64,000 nucleotides of DNA from Pseudomonadales bacterium (GCA_020632265.1 JACKFW010000001.1:791272-855271), one strand, 5' to 3'. Counted from the stretch's first letter, positions 42,121-51,879 are shown. Program-made: numbers and translations. Notes: a model not told the origin generated them from the letters alone.

Positions 42121-42157
42121 TTATTGAAGTTAAACAATTTATTTTATTTTAAATTGA

Positions 42158-42868
42158 TTATTTTTCTATTTCTAATTTAACGCTTGGACTCATGGTAGCG
42201 GATATTGATGCTCTGTGAATTTTTCCTTTTAGCTTACTAAATAAATATTCAATATTTTCAACAATTTTTTTATCATCAAAAGAAGTTTTTCCAACTGTGA
42301 CATGAATTACCGGTTGTTTTTTCTCTGTTTTAAGATCAAAACTTCCTTTTTCAAGCTCTGCCTTTTTTTCATTTGGTTTAGAAGTGACAGTTCCATTCTT
42401 CGGATTTGGCATTAGTCCTTTTGGACCTAAAACACGAGCATACTTTGCCAGTTTTGGCATAAAAGCTGGGGTAGTAACTAATGCATCGAAATCGATTTCA
42501 CCAGCTGCAATTTTTTCAATGAGTGCGTCATCGACAATAGAAACTTTAATGGATTTGCCCGTTGAATTTGGTAAACTGAAAGTTCCAACTTTTCCAACTT
42601 CATTGATTACACCATCAATGGTAATAGATCCATCAAACTTTGAATATGAAAGAGTTTTAATTAATTTTACTGCTTCTAAAGCTGAATATTTTTTGGTTTT
42701 ATCTACCCGCGCTCTATTAGAAACATATTTTTTGCTTCTAATTCTTTTAGAAACTTTTTTTGTTTCCATTTTTGCTTCTACTTTGTCTTCGGCGGTTGTT
42801 GATATATCTTCAACAACTTTGACAACTGTTTCTGATGCGGACATATCCACATTTTTTTTAGATCCCAT
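42158..42868 (-). CDS. rplA: 50S ribosomal protein L1.
   Basis: Typical L1 sequence of 236 aa. It has a basic, Lys-rich N-terminal extension. Confidence 0.9.
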   Translation of the reverse strand: MGSKKNVDMSASETVVKVVEDISTTAEDKVEAKMETKKVSKRIRSKKYVSNRARVDKTKKYSALEAVKLIKTLSYSKFDGSITIDGVINEVGKVGTFSLPNSTGKSIKVSIVDDALIEKIAAGEIDFDALVTTPAFMPKLAKYARVLGPKGLMPNPKNGTVTSKPNEKKAELEKGSFDLKTEKKQPVIHVTVGKTSFDDKKIVENIEYLFSKLKGKIHRASISATMSPSVKLEIEK

Positions 42869-43075
42869 ATTTCCTCCTATCTCCTTGAAAGCTATGTGAG
42901 TTGGGGACTCATGACTCGCGTCAGCTTTAAGTTTTAATGATATTTTTATACTATTCTTAGTGGTTTATCTTAAAATAATTTAATGTTTGTATAAACAAGT
43001 ATCAGCGAGTTGTCGCTTTAGCTACCAATAATGGAGCATGACTTGTGTTATAAATATTAAATTATTTGATGCAAC

Positions 43076-43498
43076 CTATTTAATCTCAACACCCATACTT
43101 CTTGCAGTTCCTGAGACAATTTTAATTGCTGCTTCAATGTCACTAGTGTTTAAGTCCGGCAATTTTTTTTCTGCAATTTCTTTTACTTGGTTCATATTTA
43201 ATGTTCCAGCAACTTCTTTTCCCGGGGTTTTACTTCCAAGCTTAAGTTTAAGAGCTTGTTTGATTAATGCGCTTACCGGTGGTAACTTTAAGATGAAAGT
43301 GAATGACCTGTCTGCATAAACTGTAATTTCAGCAGGGATTGTTTGACCTTTTTGATCTTGAGTTTTTGCATTGTATTGCTTCAAGAAATCCATCATGTTG
43401 ATACCTGCTTGTCCCAAAATTGGTCCTACTGGAGGAGCTGGGGTAGCTGTACCTGCTGGTAAATTTAACTTAAGAACATTAATAATTTTTTTTGCCAT
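43076..43498 (-). CDS. rplK: 50S ribosomal protein L11.
   Basis: [38 protein letters not shown] is canonical L11. Confidence 0.95.
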   Translation of the reverse strand: MAKKIINVLKLNLPAGTATPAPPVGPILGQAGINMMDFLKQYNAKTQDQKGQTIPAEITVYADRSFTFILKLPPVSALIKQALKLKLGSKTPGKEVAGTLNMNQVKEIAEKKLPDLNTSDIEAAIKIVSGTARSMGVEIK

Positions 43499-43546
43499 AT
43501 TTTTTTTGCGCCGGTGATGTATTGCACCGATTCACACTTTCTATTT

Positions 43547-44167
43547 TTAAACCTTTTTAACTTGGAGGAAGTCTAGAGTAACTGGTGTTTCTCTGCCAAA
43601 AATGTTGACTAGAACTTCCACTTGTCCTTTTTCCTCATCTATTGAGTTGACAGTTCCAAGGAATTCATTGAATGGGCCATCAGTAATTCTAACTGCTTCA
43701 CCTTCAACATAATCAGCCTTATATTGAGGAGCACCTTGGCTCATGTATTTTTTAATTGCTTCGACTTCATGTCTTGGAAGTGGGGTAGGTTTGTTTCCAA
43801 TGCCGACAAATCCAGTAACACCCTGTGTTGTTCTAACTGCTAGCCAAGAGTTATCTGTTAATTCCATTTGGACCAACATGTATCCTGGAAAGATTTTTTC
43901 ACTTATGGTTTTTCGTTGACCTCTTTTAATTTGAATTTTTTCTTGAGTTGGTATTAGGACTGAAATTATTTTACTTGTTAGGTCTAAAGTTTCAGCACGT
44001 TGTTTTAAGGTTTCAGCCACTTTGTTTTCGTGACCAGAATATGTATGTACAACATACCAGCGAGCCTTTTTATTTTCTTGAGTTGAGATAACCACTAGGT
44101 TAGGGGTTTTAACCTTAACTTCTTGAATTTCTGGCACTTCTGGTGCAATTTGTTTTTTATTAGTCAT
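43547..44167 (-). CDS. nusG: Transcription termination/antitermination factor NusG.
   Basis: NGN domain (WYVVHTYSGHENKV). C-terminal KOW (GEAVRITDGPFNEFLGTV). Confidence 0.9.
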   Translation of the reverse strand: MTNKKQIAPEVPEIQEVKVKTPNLVVISTQENKKARWYVVHTYSGHENKVAETLKQRAETLDLTSKIISVLIPTQEKIQIKRGQRKTISEKIFPGYMLVQMELTDNSWLAVRTTQGVTGFVGIGNKPTPLPRHEVEAIKKYMSQGAPQYKADYVEGEAVRITDGPFNEFLGTVNSIDEEKGQVEVLVNIFGRETPVTLDFLQVKKV

Positions 44168-44177
44168 AATAAATTCT

Positions 44178-44375
44178 TTATAAAATACCTGTCATTAATT
44201 TTTGGAATATAAAGTCTAATAATACAATATATAAACCGACGACCAAACTTACTCCAATAACTAACAAAGTCATATCCTGAGTTTGTTTTTTACTAGGCCA
44301 TGTGACCTTCTTAATTTCACGAATAACTTCATTTATATAGGTTGAGGCCTTAAGCATAGGCAAGTATTGTAACAA
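44178..44375 (-). CDS. secE: Preprotein translocase subunit SecE.
   Basis: It is a 65-aa single-TM protein (EVIREIKKVTWPSKKQTQDMTLLVIGVSLVVGLYIVLLDFIF). It lies immediately upstream of nusG. Confidence 0.8.
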   Translation of the reverse strand: MLQYLPMLKASTYINEVIREIKKVTWPSKKQTQDMTLLVIGVSLVVGLYIVLLDFIFQKLMTGIL

Positions 44376-44402
44376 ATAACTTGATAATTTGAAACACGAA
44401 CC

Positions 44403-46121
44403 TTAATTTTGGTCTTTTGATTTTTCATTAAGCCTAGTCAACAATTCTTTTACCCGTTCGTTTTGGGAGTATTTTGTAGCATTTCCAGGCATAATATTGG
44501 AATTAACAGCGTGTGTCTCAAGATCTATATGTTTGGTATCAACTTTATGTAAATCGGAATCTTGTGTTCTTGAATTCATTGCGCGTGCAATTAAAAAGAC
44601 AACTAATGATGCGATTAAGAGACCGACACCGATTAAAATTATTGTTGTTGGAAGACTTTGTTGTTTGTCTTTTAGTAAATTTAATAACAAATCAAATAAT
44701 GTTTCTTCCGTAGGGATTTCGTCATCAGAGAATGGAGCAACTTTTTGAGTTGGGTCGGTGGTTTGATTTTCTTGGAAAATTAATTCTGAGTCAGGAATGA
44801 CATCATCGCCTTTTTTTAAAGGAACAATTGGAACTGGGGTAGAATCAATAGTTGAATCTGCTTTTTCAACAGAATTATCTTCTTTTGGATCAGTGTAGAT
44901 TGTAGAAACAGTTTTATTTGTAGTTGCCGAACATGTAAGACTACTTGGATTAGTAACCAATCTGCATACGTTGGAATAACATCGCAAATTAATTTCACAA
45001 TCTGCATTAGTATTGCATGCTTCACCGCAATTATTGACGGTTGCAGTTTCCTGTGCTTGGGTTAGAGCTGCACAGCTCGTGCTTTCAACATTATTTGGAT
45101 TTCGACAAGTTCCTTCCCAACATCTTAATCCTTGAGCACAATCAGATGAATTGTTACAGCTTTGGTTACATTGTTTGTTTGGTCCAGTATTTTGAGAACT
45201 TGAGCACGTTGCGCTAGATGGGTTAGTGGCTAGCCTACATTTTTTGCCATCGCCAGTGTCAAAACATCGATAGTTAGCCTCACAATTTGCATTGGAATTA
45301 CAATTTTGATTGCATTGGTAAATTGAGACTTGATCAATCTGAGCTATTGTTTCAGTAGTTTCTTTTGTTTCTTGAGTTTGATTATTTTCTTCAGTCTGAG
45401 TACTTTCCTCAGTTTCAGTAATTGGACATGGAGCAAATTGACACTCTGGGGGAATTCTGCTTACGTATGTGCCGTCTGGACATTGAAAAACATCATCGGT
45501 GCATTGGTCTCCTCCTCCAGAATTTTCAATAATTTTAAATTCTACAGCTTTAGCATCAATAGTGTAGGCTAGAGCAAATGTCTCAAGGAATGTGTTATCT
45601 TCATCAAAATTAATCGCTATTTTCCCTTTTTCCAGAGGGACAAAATCAATTAATAAAAAAGGTATATTTTTTTCTGGAGCCAGCAAATCCATATTATTTA
45701 TCTTTGCGGTCAGTTTTACCAGAAATCCATCATCAACTTTCTCAATTTCTAGTTCTTCTGCATAAAAACCTGAGCTTTCATTGATTGAAACATTGGGAGT
45801 TTCAATTTGGTCATTAATTATATTAAAAACAAGATGGGTTTTGATTACACGCAGATTGGTGTTCAAGTTAAATGAAATTCTGGCATTCTCACCAACAAAA
45901 AATGTTTGACTTGGGTAGGTTGGGGTAATGCTTGGCCATGGGATCTGAACATTTGAAGCTTCTGAAGCATCGCTTCTTAATTCCGAAGATGAATTTAATG
46001 GTTTTTGGATAAAAATTAAACCGAGTATTCCAGCAATTACAAATAAAAACCCGACAAACGGAATTAGCCTACTGGAATTACCCATGAGCTTCTTAATAAT
46101 TGATGCGTTATTTTTCATCAA
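44403..46121 (-). CDS. Membrane protein with N- and C-terminal TM helices and three cysteine-rich repeats (CN(Q/E)xCNxNxxC...RC(F/W/Y)). It also carries a CxDDxFxCPDGTYV..P.CxF..C motif.
   Basis: Seen in the translation. The last motif is shared with cassette ORF 58777..59631. Confidence 0.55.
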   Translation of the reverse strand: MMKNNASIIKKLMGNSSRLIPFVGFLFVIAGILGLIFIQKPLNSSSELRSDASEASNVQIPWPSITPTYPSQTFFVGENARISFNLNTNLRVIKTHLVFNIINDQIETPNVSINESSGFYAEELEIEKVDDGFLVKLTAKINNMDLLAPEKNIPFLLIDFVPLEKGKIAINFDEDNTFLETFALAYTIDAKAVEFKIIENSGGGDQCTDDVFQCPDGTYVSRIPPECQFAPCPITETEESTQTEENNQTQETKETTETIAQIDQVSIYQCNQNCNSNANCEANYRCFDTGDGKKCRLATNPSSATCSSSQNTGPNKQCNQSCNNSSDCAQGLRCWEGTCRNPNNVESTSCAALTQAQETATVNNCGEACNTNADCEINLRCYSNVCRLVTNPSSLTCSATTNKTVSTIYTDPKEDNSVEKADSTIDSTPVPIVPLKKGDDVIPDSELIFQENQTTDPTQKVAPFSDDEIPTEETLFDLLLNLLKDKQQSLPTTIILIGVGLLIASLVVFLIARAMNSRTQDSDLHKVDTKHIDLETHAVNSNIMPGNATKYSQNERVKELLTRLNEKSKDQN

Positions 46122-46332
46122 TTGTAAGTATAAACCATTTTTTTGTTCTAGTAAAAGAGTCTAATTAATATTGATGAAGTTTTTTATTAAATTGTTCAAG
46201 AATTTAATAGATTGTAAAAACTTAAATCCAGAAAATGCGTTTACTAGTTTATTGAATGAAAAAATATGATTCGTGTTAGAATAGAGATATTAAGATTGAA
46301 TATAACGAAATATAATTAGGGAGAGTAAAAAT

Positions 46333-47217
46333 ATGGAAAAAAAAGTAAGAAAAGCCATAATTACTGATGCCGGATTTGCAAGTCGATATTTGCCAATTAC
46401 TAAAACAGTTCCAAAAGGAATGTTGCCATTGGGAAATAAACCTATTATGCAATATGTTGTAGAAGAATGTGTTGAGGCAGGTATAGAAGAAATTATTATC
46501 GTTGCTACCCCTGAGGGAAAGCCAATTTATGAGGATTATTTCAATAATAGTGTGAATAAAATTAAAAAACAATTGACAGTAATGGGCAAAGTTGAACGAT
46601 ATGAACCTGTGCAGGCGGTGCTAGATTTCCCAAAAATTGTAGTGATCACTCAAGACGAAACATTACCTTATGGCAATGGATCTCCAGTTGTTTCTGCCCA
46701 AAAATTTCTAGAGGGAGAAGATGCGTTTTTGGTTTTATATAGTGATGATGTAATTTTTGGCAAGTTTGGCGACTCAAAACTCATGGTGGATCTCTATAAG
46801 GAAAATCCTGGAATTGATGGAGTAATTATGGCTCAAGAGATAGAAGCTGAAGAAGTAGATCACTACGGGATAATTTCGTTTAAAAAAGGATCTGAAACTG
46901 ATTTAGATAATATTATTGAAAAACCAGAAATTGGAACAGAACCTTCTAGACTAGCTTCATATGGTAGATATTTATTGACTGCAAAGATTTTTGATTATTT
47001 GATTAGTTCTAATACGGGTAAGGATAACGAACTTTGGACCGTAGATGCTATTACAAAAGTTGCTAAAAAGGGAAGAGTTTTGGTTGGTAAAAGTGAAGCA
47101 ACCTGGTTGACTACTGGAGATCCTGAGAATTATTTTAAGGCTCATATGAGATTTGTTTACGATTATGAAAAATTTGGTAACAAGTTGCAATTCTGGTTAG
47201 ATGAGTTTAAAAAATAA
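46333..47217 (+). CDS. Sugar-1-phosphate nucleotidyltransferase (UTP--glucose-1-phosphate uridylyltransferase-like).
   Basis: The N-terminal KAIITDAGFASRYLPITKTVPKGMLPLGNKPIMQYVVEE matches the GalU/RmlA G-x-G-T-R signature region. Confidence 0.7.
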   Translation: MEKKVRKAIITDAGFASRYLPITKTVPKGMLPLGNKPIMQYVVEECVEAGIEEIIIVATPEGKPIYEDYFNNSVNKIKKQLTVMGKVERYEPVQAVLDFPKIVVITQDETLPYGNGSPVVSAQKFLEGEDAFLVLYSDDVIFGKFGDSKLMVDLYKENPGIDGVIMAQEIEAEEVDHYGIISFKKGSETDLDNIIEKPEIGTEPSRLASYGRYLLTAKIFDYLISSNTGKDNELWTVDAITKVAKKGRVLVGKSEATWLTTGDPENYFKAHMRFVYDYEKFGNKLQFWLDEFKK

Positions 47218-47340
47218 TTTTTGCTGACTTTATTATAAACTAATATATAAAATTATAGCAAAAGATGAGTTGAGACAAATTTGGTTGTTAAAAAAAACGA
47301 TATAAAATATATAATAAAAATAATAAGTAGATCTTTAACA

Positions 47341-47480
47341 GTCGAGTGTGAAGGATTCGCATCATATTTTTCCTGAACATTATTTATGAGGGTCCATAGA
47401 TTATCTTTTATTACTGAGGTATTAAAAGTGTCTTACCCACCTGCTTACTGCGGGAAAAGCCGTAATCCTTCACGCTCGGG
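47341..47480. other. ~140-nt element closed by a 15-bp near-perfect long-range stem (CGAGTGTGAAGGATT...AATCCTTCACGCTCG). It is a candidate structured ncRNA or MITE-like inverted repeat.
   Basis: Positions 47343-47357 pair with 47464-47478 (one G-U). The stem encloses ~106 nt. The strand is unknown. Confidence 0.35.
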
Positions 47481-47609
47481 TGTTAAACTTCAACATATTT
47501 TTGAGTAATTTTCTTCTTTCTTGTTTAGTTGATGATTTTCAGACTTTTTAATGATAAAATTCCTGTCTGATCTTTATTGATTTTGTTGTTTAAAATATAT
47601 GTTTTTACT

Positions 47610-47681
47610 GCCCAGGTAGTTCAGTGGTAGAACGCCATCTTGGTAAGATGGAGGTCGAGGGTCCAATTCCCTCCCTGGGCT
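47610..47681 (+). tRNA. tRNA-Thr (anticodon GGU).
   Basis: Cloverleaf folded by hand. Acceptor GCCCAGG/CCTGGGC. Anticodon stem CCATC/GATGG with loop TTGGTAA. T-arm GAGGG-TCCAATT-CCCTC. Confidence 0.85.
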
Positions 47682-47770
47682 CAAATAATAATTGATATAC
47701 TATTGCTATATAATAAATAGATAAAATTGTAAGGAAAATTAAGAAGAATTTTATTGAATAAATTATTTTA

Positions 47771-47856
47771 GCCAGGTTACCCAAGTGGTCAACGGGGGCA
47801 GACTGTAAATCTGCTGACATACGTCTTCAGAGGTTCGAATCCTTTACCTGGCACCA
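47771..47856 (+). tRNA. tRNA-Tyr (anticodon GUA) with a long variable arm and encoded CCA.
   Basis: Acceptor GCCAGGT/ACCTGGC. Anticodon stem GCAGA/TCTGC with loop CTGTAAA. T-arm GGTTCGAATCC. The 3' end is ACCA. Confidence 0.9.
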
Positions 47857-47872
47857 AGAGCTCTTTGTAATT

Positions 47873-47945
47873 GCCACCTTAGCTCAGTTGGTAGAGCAAC
47901 GGTTTTGTAAACCGTAGGTCCAGAGTTCAAATCTCTGAGGTGGCT
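47873..47945 (+). tRNA. tRNA-Thr (anticodon UGU).
   Basis: Acceptor GCCACCT/AGGTGGC. D-arm GCTCAGTTGGTAGAGC. Anticodon stem ACGGT/ACCGT with loop TTTGTAA. T-arm CAGAG-TTCAAAT-CTCTG. Confidence 0.9.
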
Positions 47946-48131
47946 CAAGTCGATCACATACATTTTGGAGTATGTTAAAAAAAGTCTGCCAAATGGTTAC
48001 TTATCAAATGAATTGTTAATCAAAAAAGATTAGCTTAGGGATTTAAGACTAATGGCCGTAGCCAGAGAAGGTACTCTTTGGTATAATACGGCTCTGTTAA
48101 ATTAATAAAAAAATAATTAAGAGTAAATAAT

Positions 48132-48335
48132 ATGGCAAAAAAAAGCAAAGGCCCAAGACAAATTGTTGGATTAAAGTGTAGCGTTTGTAATGCGTTTGGT
48201 TATGTGACTGAGTTTAACAAAAATAACGAACAGTTGAAAAAACAAACAAGTAACGAGTCTACTTTTCCATTAAACAAGTATTGCAAAGTTTGTCGCAAAC
48301 ACACAGAACACAAACAAGCTAAAAAATTAAAATAA
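48132..48335 (+). CDS. rpmG: Small zinc-ribbon ribosomal protein, probably L33.
   Basis: Size is 67 aa. It is basic and carries CxxC...CxxC (CSVC / CKVC). Its position next to the secE-nusG-rplKA region is typical for rpmG. Confidence 0.5.
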   Translation: MAKKSKGPRQIVGLKCSVCNAFGYVTEFNKNNEQLKKQTSNESTFPLNKYCKVCRKHTEHKQAKKLK

Positions 48336-48355
48336 TTTTTGAATTTTTTCTTTTT

Positions 48356-49684
48356 CTAGGTCTTTATTTTTCTGAGATTTTTAATTGTATCAATTATTTT
48401 TTGATTTCCATTAAGAAATAAAGAATCGATTGAGTGGGCGTTATTCATGGCTTTTTCAATCCATGACTGTGATTTTCCCGAAGTTGAGGCGAGAACTTTA
48501 AGTTGAGGAACAATATTTTCAGTGTTTGCTTTTCGAGAAATATCTTTTTGTTCAAAAATTTCTCGAATTTTTTCTTCCCATTCACCCCATTCTGCTAAAG
48601 TAAGTATAAATGAACCAGATGCGGCGGCATCATAGGCCATATCGCCAGAGGGTTTTGATAAAAATCCGTCCGCCCAAGGAAAACCATATTTAATAAGCAA
48701 TTCATTGGCATTAACTAGTTGTGGATGGTAAATAATCCTTAGTTTTGCATTTGGTTCATCTAATTCCGAAATTTTGACTCGGAATTTTTTGGCTAAATTT
48801 TTGACTTCATTTTGAATATCTAAATGGGTAGCTGAATAAATTAATAATCGATATTTTGGTTTTTCTTTTTTAAGTTCAGGAAGAAGCTGTTCTAAAATTG
48901 CTTGAATTTCATTTTTATTAGTTCCTAAGCCTCCTGTAGTAACACAAAGATTAATCAAACCATTTCTCCAAGGAATTTTTTTATTTCGAGCCTTAATAAT
49001 TCTAGGATCGACGGGTGGACCAGTAACAAAAATTCTATTTGGATCTGCTTGGATTCCTAAATTGGTTGCTTTTTCTAGGAATTCAATTTTGGTTGATTCG
49101 TCAAAAACACAAAAAATAATATTTTTTTGATCAGCATATTTGACATATTCTTCTCTGACATGAGGATCGGTAATTACCTGTACTATTTGTTTTCCTTGTC
49201 CAGCCAGAATATTTCCTGCGGCAATATGGAGAGATAAAATTGGCGAATGAATATGTTCAGTTAAATATAATAATGGAGGAGTTATGCTTTTAAGAATTGG
49301 TAATTTTGATCTTCCAAAAGTATCAACGATGTCTTTAAGTTTTTTTAGAATTGGATGTCGTGCAAGAGTTTTACCAACTGCTTCAGTAAAAGTAATTGAA
49401 GACCAGTTCTTGTGAGATACGTAGTTGGTGGGGTCCACCACCCAAGCTTTATTGGGATCAATTTTATTTCCCCATGCTTTAATAGCAATTCCAGCTGCCA
49501 TGGAATAATGGGCTCTGGAAAAAACTACATCTCCAATTGTGTCATCGTCAGGATATCCATGAGATTTTTTGAGATCTTCTTTATAACTAGCTGATACAGT
49601 GATAATTGGAATTTCACTTTTTTCGAGGAATTCTTTGTCTTTTTTGAGTGATTTAATTAAATAAGGGTCAAATAGTTCGGGCAT
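48356..49684 (-). CDS. Hypothetical protein (442 aa), possibly a GT-B-fold glycosyltransferase-like enzyme.
   Basis: Long ORF with a Rossmann-like Gly-rich segment (VTTGGLGTNKNE). No firm motif was found. Confidence 0.35.
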   Translation of the reverse strand: MPELFDPYLIKSLKKDKEFLEKSEIPIITVSASYKEDLKKSHGYPDDDTIGDVVFSRAHYSMAAGIAIKAWGNKIDPNKAWVVDPTNYVSHKNWSSITFTEAVGKTLARHPILKKLKDIVDTFGRSKLPILKSITPPLLYLTEHIHSPILSLHIAAGNILAGQGKQIVQVITDPHVREEYVKYADQKNIIFCVFDESTKIEFLEKATNLGIQADPNRIFVTGPPVDPRIIKARNKKIPWRNGLINLCVTTGGLGTNKNEIQAILEQLLPELKKEKPKYRLLIYSATHLDIQNEVKNLAKKFRVKISELDEPNAKLRIIYHPQLVNANELLIKYGFPWADGFLSKPSGDMAYDAAASGSFILTLAEWGEWEEKIREIFEQKDISRKANTENIVPQLKVLASTSGKSQSWIEKAMNNAHSIDSLFLNGNQKIIDTIKNLRKIKT

Positions 49685-49895
49685 ATATAATAAATTATAT
49701 CTTAGATAAGGTCGATTTATCCAGTGGTTAAAGTTTGTTTACTTGATACTTAGTAAATAGTCTTTAGTTTTTCATTTAATTAATTTAATTTCGAAATTTT
49801 TTAGCTAAATTTTTGACTTAATAAATTTGTTGTTAATACTTGGTTTATATCGGATTTTTTATAGTTAAAATGATAAAATGCTTCTAATGGAAATT

Positions 49896-49966
49896 AGGGC
49901 CATAGTTTAGCGGTAGAATAGAGGTCTCCAAAACCTTTGACGGGGGTTCGATTCCCTCTGGCCCTG
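49896..49966 (+). tRNA. tRNA-Trp (anticodon CCA). It anchors the downstream cassette array.
   Basis: Acceptor AGGGCCA/TGGCCCT. D-arm GTTT-AGCGGTA-GAAT. Anticodon stem GAGGT/ACCTT with loop CTCCAAA. T-arm GGGGG-TTCGATT-CCCTC. The fold is closely similar to E. coli tRNA-Trp. The 3' 19 nt (GATTCCCTCTGGCCCTGCA) recur five times downstream. Confidence 0.85.
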
Positions 49967-49997
49967 CAAATATTTTCTAATTTGATACAATAAAAGT

Positions 49998-50387
49998 ATG
50001 AATCAAGATGAGCAAAGAATTCTTGCAGCAGCTGGCTGGTGCTTAAATAACCACCAAATTCCCAAATCTTTAAGTGATGGCAATTCTATTTGGAACTATT
50101 CTGGTTCTATTTCCAATTCTGAACTTAGACTGTACGAGGAAGATGGGCTGAACGTAATAATAAATAGAAGCGAAGTTAAAGAAATACTTCCAATTAGTCC
50201 AGAAAATAGAAATATCAAATATGGGGAAAAGAAGTGGCTAAATGGTGAATTGAACAGCAAATTCTATAATGGCATATTTTTTCTTCATGATGATATGAAG
50301 GTTTCTAGAGCTCTCGATGACTATTTAGATATTTCTCACCTAAGTGTGCGAATTGAAGGTGGACCAACCTTTTCAATTATAAAATAG
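49998..50387 (+). CDS. Cassette 1: hypothetical protein (129 aa).
   Basis: The ORF's stop codon TAG lies inside the boundary motif at 50383..50416. Confidence 0.5.
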   Translation: MNQDEQRILAAAGWCLNNHQIPKSLSDGNSIWNYSGSISNSELRLYEEDGLNVIINRSEVKEILPISPENRNIKYGEKKWLNGELNSKFYNGIFFLHDDMKVSRALDDYLDISHLSVRIEGGPTFSIIK

Positions 50388-50416
50388 GTTCTAACATCCT
50401 TCACTAGTCCCTGCAA
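50383..50416 (+). repeat. Short cassette-boundary motif (AATAGGTTC(G/T)AACATCCTTCACTAGTCCCTGCAA), copy a.
   Basis: It overlaps the stop codon of cassette 1. Confidence 0.8.
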
Positions 50417-50502
50417 CGCATTTTTTACTCGATATAGAAAATAAAAAACACTCAAAGGACACTCGGAAGTTTAAGCTTTAATTCATCTGATATAATTTCA
50501 CC

Positions 50503-51288
50503 ATGCAATTTAGAAAAATATCCTTTCCAAATGTAGTTCCGCCAACTGAATTTCCAGACGATGTAAAACTTTCTCTTCCAAACAATAGTAATTTACCAAC
50601 AGACCAACAACATTACTTATTATTCATTCCTTGGGAAGAAAGCTATCTCATTGGGATTCCTCGACAATATGTAGATTTCTTCAAACGAGTATTGCCACAT
50701 CTCCATACAAGAACAACTGATGTGCATACTGCGGTCTGCCTAGGCTATCTTGACGAGCTATTGTCTCAATTTGACCAACCGATCAATGAAAGAGTTGTTG
50801 CTTTAGCACTTATTCTTCATGACAGTGGTTGGAGCAAGCTTTCAGAAAAAGAAATAGCCATGAGCTTAGGTGTTTCAGGTCTGAAACTTACAGAAGGTGC
50901 CAAAAATCCCAAGGAAAAGCACGCGCTTGAAAGTGCGAAGATAACTACCAAAATGTTGAATGACTACGATTTCATTCCACCACTAAATGAAAAAGAAAAA
51001 GAACTTATCATCCAAGCTGTGCTTTATCATGACAAACCTGAAGAAGTTGCAGGGGCTGAAATAGAAATGCCCATTGAGATACAATTGCTAGTTGATTTAG
51101 ATCATCTTTGGTCTTTTACCCATCAAAATTTTTGGCAAGACACTTTACGTAAAGGAGTTCAGCCCAAAGAATATGTACAAAATTTACAACGAGACATTGA
51201 TGATTATTTTGTTACTGATCAGGGTAAAGAATTAGCCCTGAAATTACTTAACGAGAGACTTGATGAAGTAGAGGTAATTGAAAAATAG
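50503..51288 (+). CDS. Cassette 2: HD-domain phosphohydrolase-like protein (261 aa).
   Basis: ILHDSGW and LYHDKPEE motifs. The stop codon is embedded in the boundary motif at 51284..51317. Confidence 0.5.
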   Translation: MQFRKISFPNVVPPTEFPDDVKLSLPNNSNLPTDQQHYLLFIPWEESYLIGIPRQYVDFFKRVLPHLHTRTTDVHTAVCLGYLDELLSQFDQPINERVVALALILHDSGWSKLSEKEIAMSLGVSGLKLTEGAKNPKEKHALESAKITTKMLNDYDFIPPLNEKEKELIIQAVLYHDKPEEVAGAEIEMPIEIQLLVDLDHLWSFTHQNFWQDTLRKGVQPKEYVQNLQRDIDDYFVTDQGKELALKLLNERLDEVEVIEK

Positions 51289-51317
51289 GTTCGAACATCC
51301 TTCACTAGTCCCTGCAA
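51284..51317 (+). repeat. Short cassette-boundary motif, copy b.
   Basis: It overlaps the stop codon of the HD-domain cassette. Confidence 0.8.
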
Positions 51318-51451
51318 AAAACTAATTTTTGCCTATATACCAATATAATTTATACTAAAAGATTGCATATTTTTATCATTTAATCAATATACTTGTTATA
51401 TAAATAAACTCTCATCATTTTTAGATAATTTTGTACATGATAAAATAAACT

Positions 51452-51808
51452 ATGCTTGAAGAGGATAAATCAAAAAATTCAGAAATGGTCAAACTACCGA
51501 CGTTAAAAGATTGGATTGATAGACTAAGTGAGTTGAGAGATAAGATTTCTCCAGAAAAAGAATATTTAATTGGAGCATTTGCGACATATATGTATTTGCT
51601 AATTTTAGTTAGTCCTGAATCATTGCCTGGGCAAATTCAGCCAATGCTAGAGATGTTGAATGGAATTGATAAGAGTAGTTTTAGTCTTAAATTGACAACA
51701 ATGATTGCGTTTACTGGCTCAGTAGACGGTGCTAGAAGAATTGTTTTAGAGAGACTGCCTTCTTATAAAGCATATTTACAAGTATTTTTATTAAACAAAT
51801 TTGAATAA
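51452..51808 (+). CDS. Cassette 3: hypothetical protein (118 aa).
   Basis: The ORF is followed by the long boundary element at 51880..52096. Confidence 0.45.
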   Translation: MLEEDKSKNSEMVKLPTLKDWIDRLSELRDKISPEKEYLIGAFATYMYLLILVSPESLPGQIQPMLEMLNGIDKSSFSLKLTTMIAFTGSVDGARRIVLERLPSYKAYLQVFLLNKFE

Positions 51809-51879
51809 CAATTTCAATCCTTTGTTAGTTCGTTGATTATATAATTATAAGCCCAAAACCACCTCCCGACTCGAGGAAA

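Noticed and set aside
42384-42899. 171-aa plus-strand ORF.
   Set aside because: It is antisense to rplA, which is canonical and clearly the real gene.
47605-47820. 71-aa minus-strand ORF.
   Set aside because: It overlaps two well-folded tRNA genes (Thr and Tyr). It is spurious.
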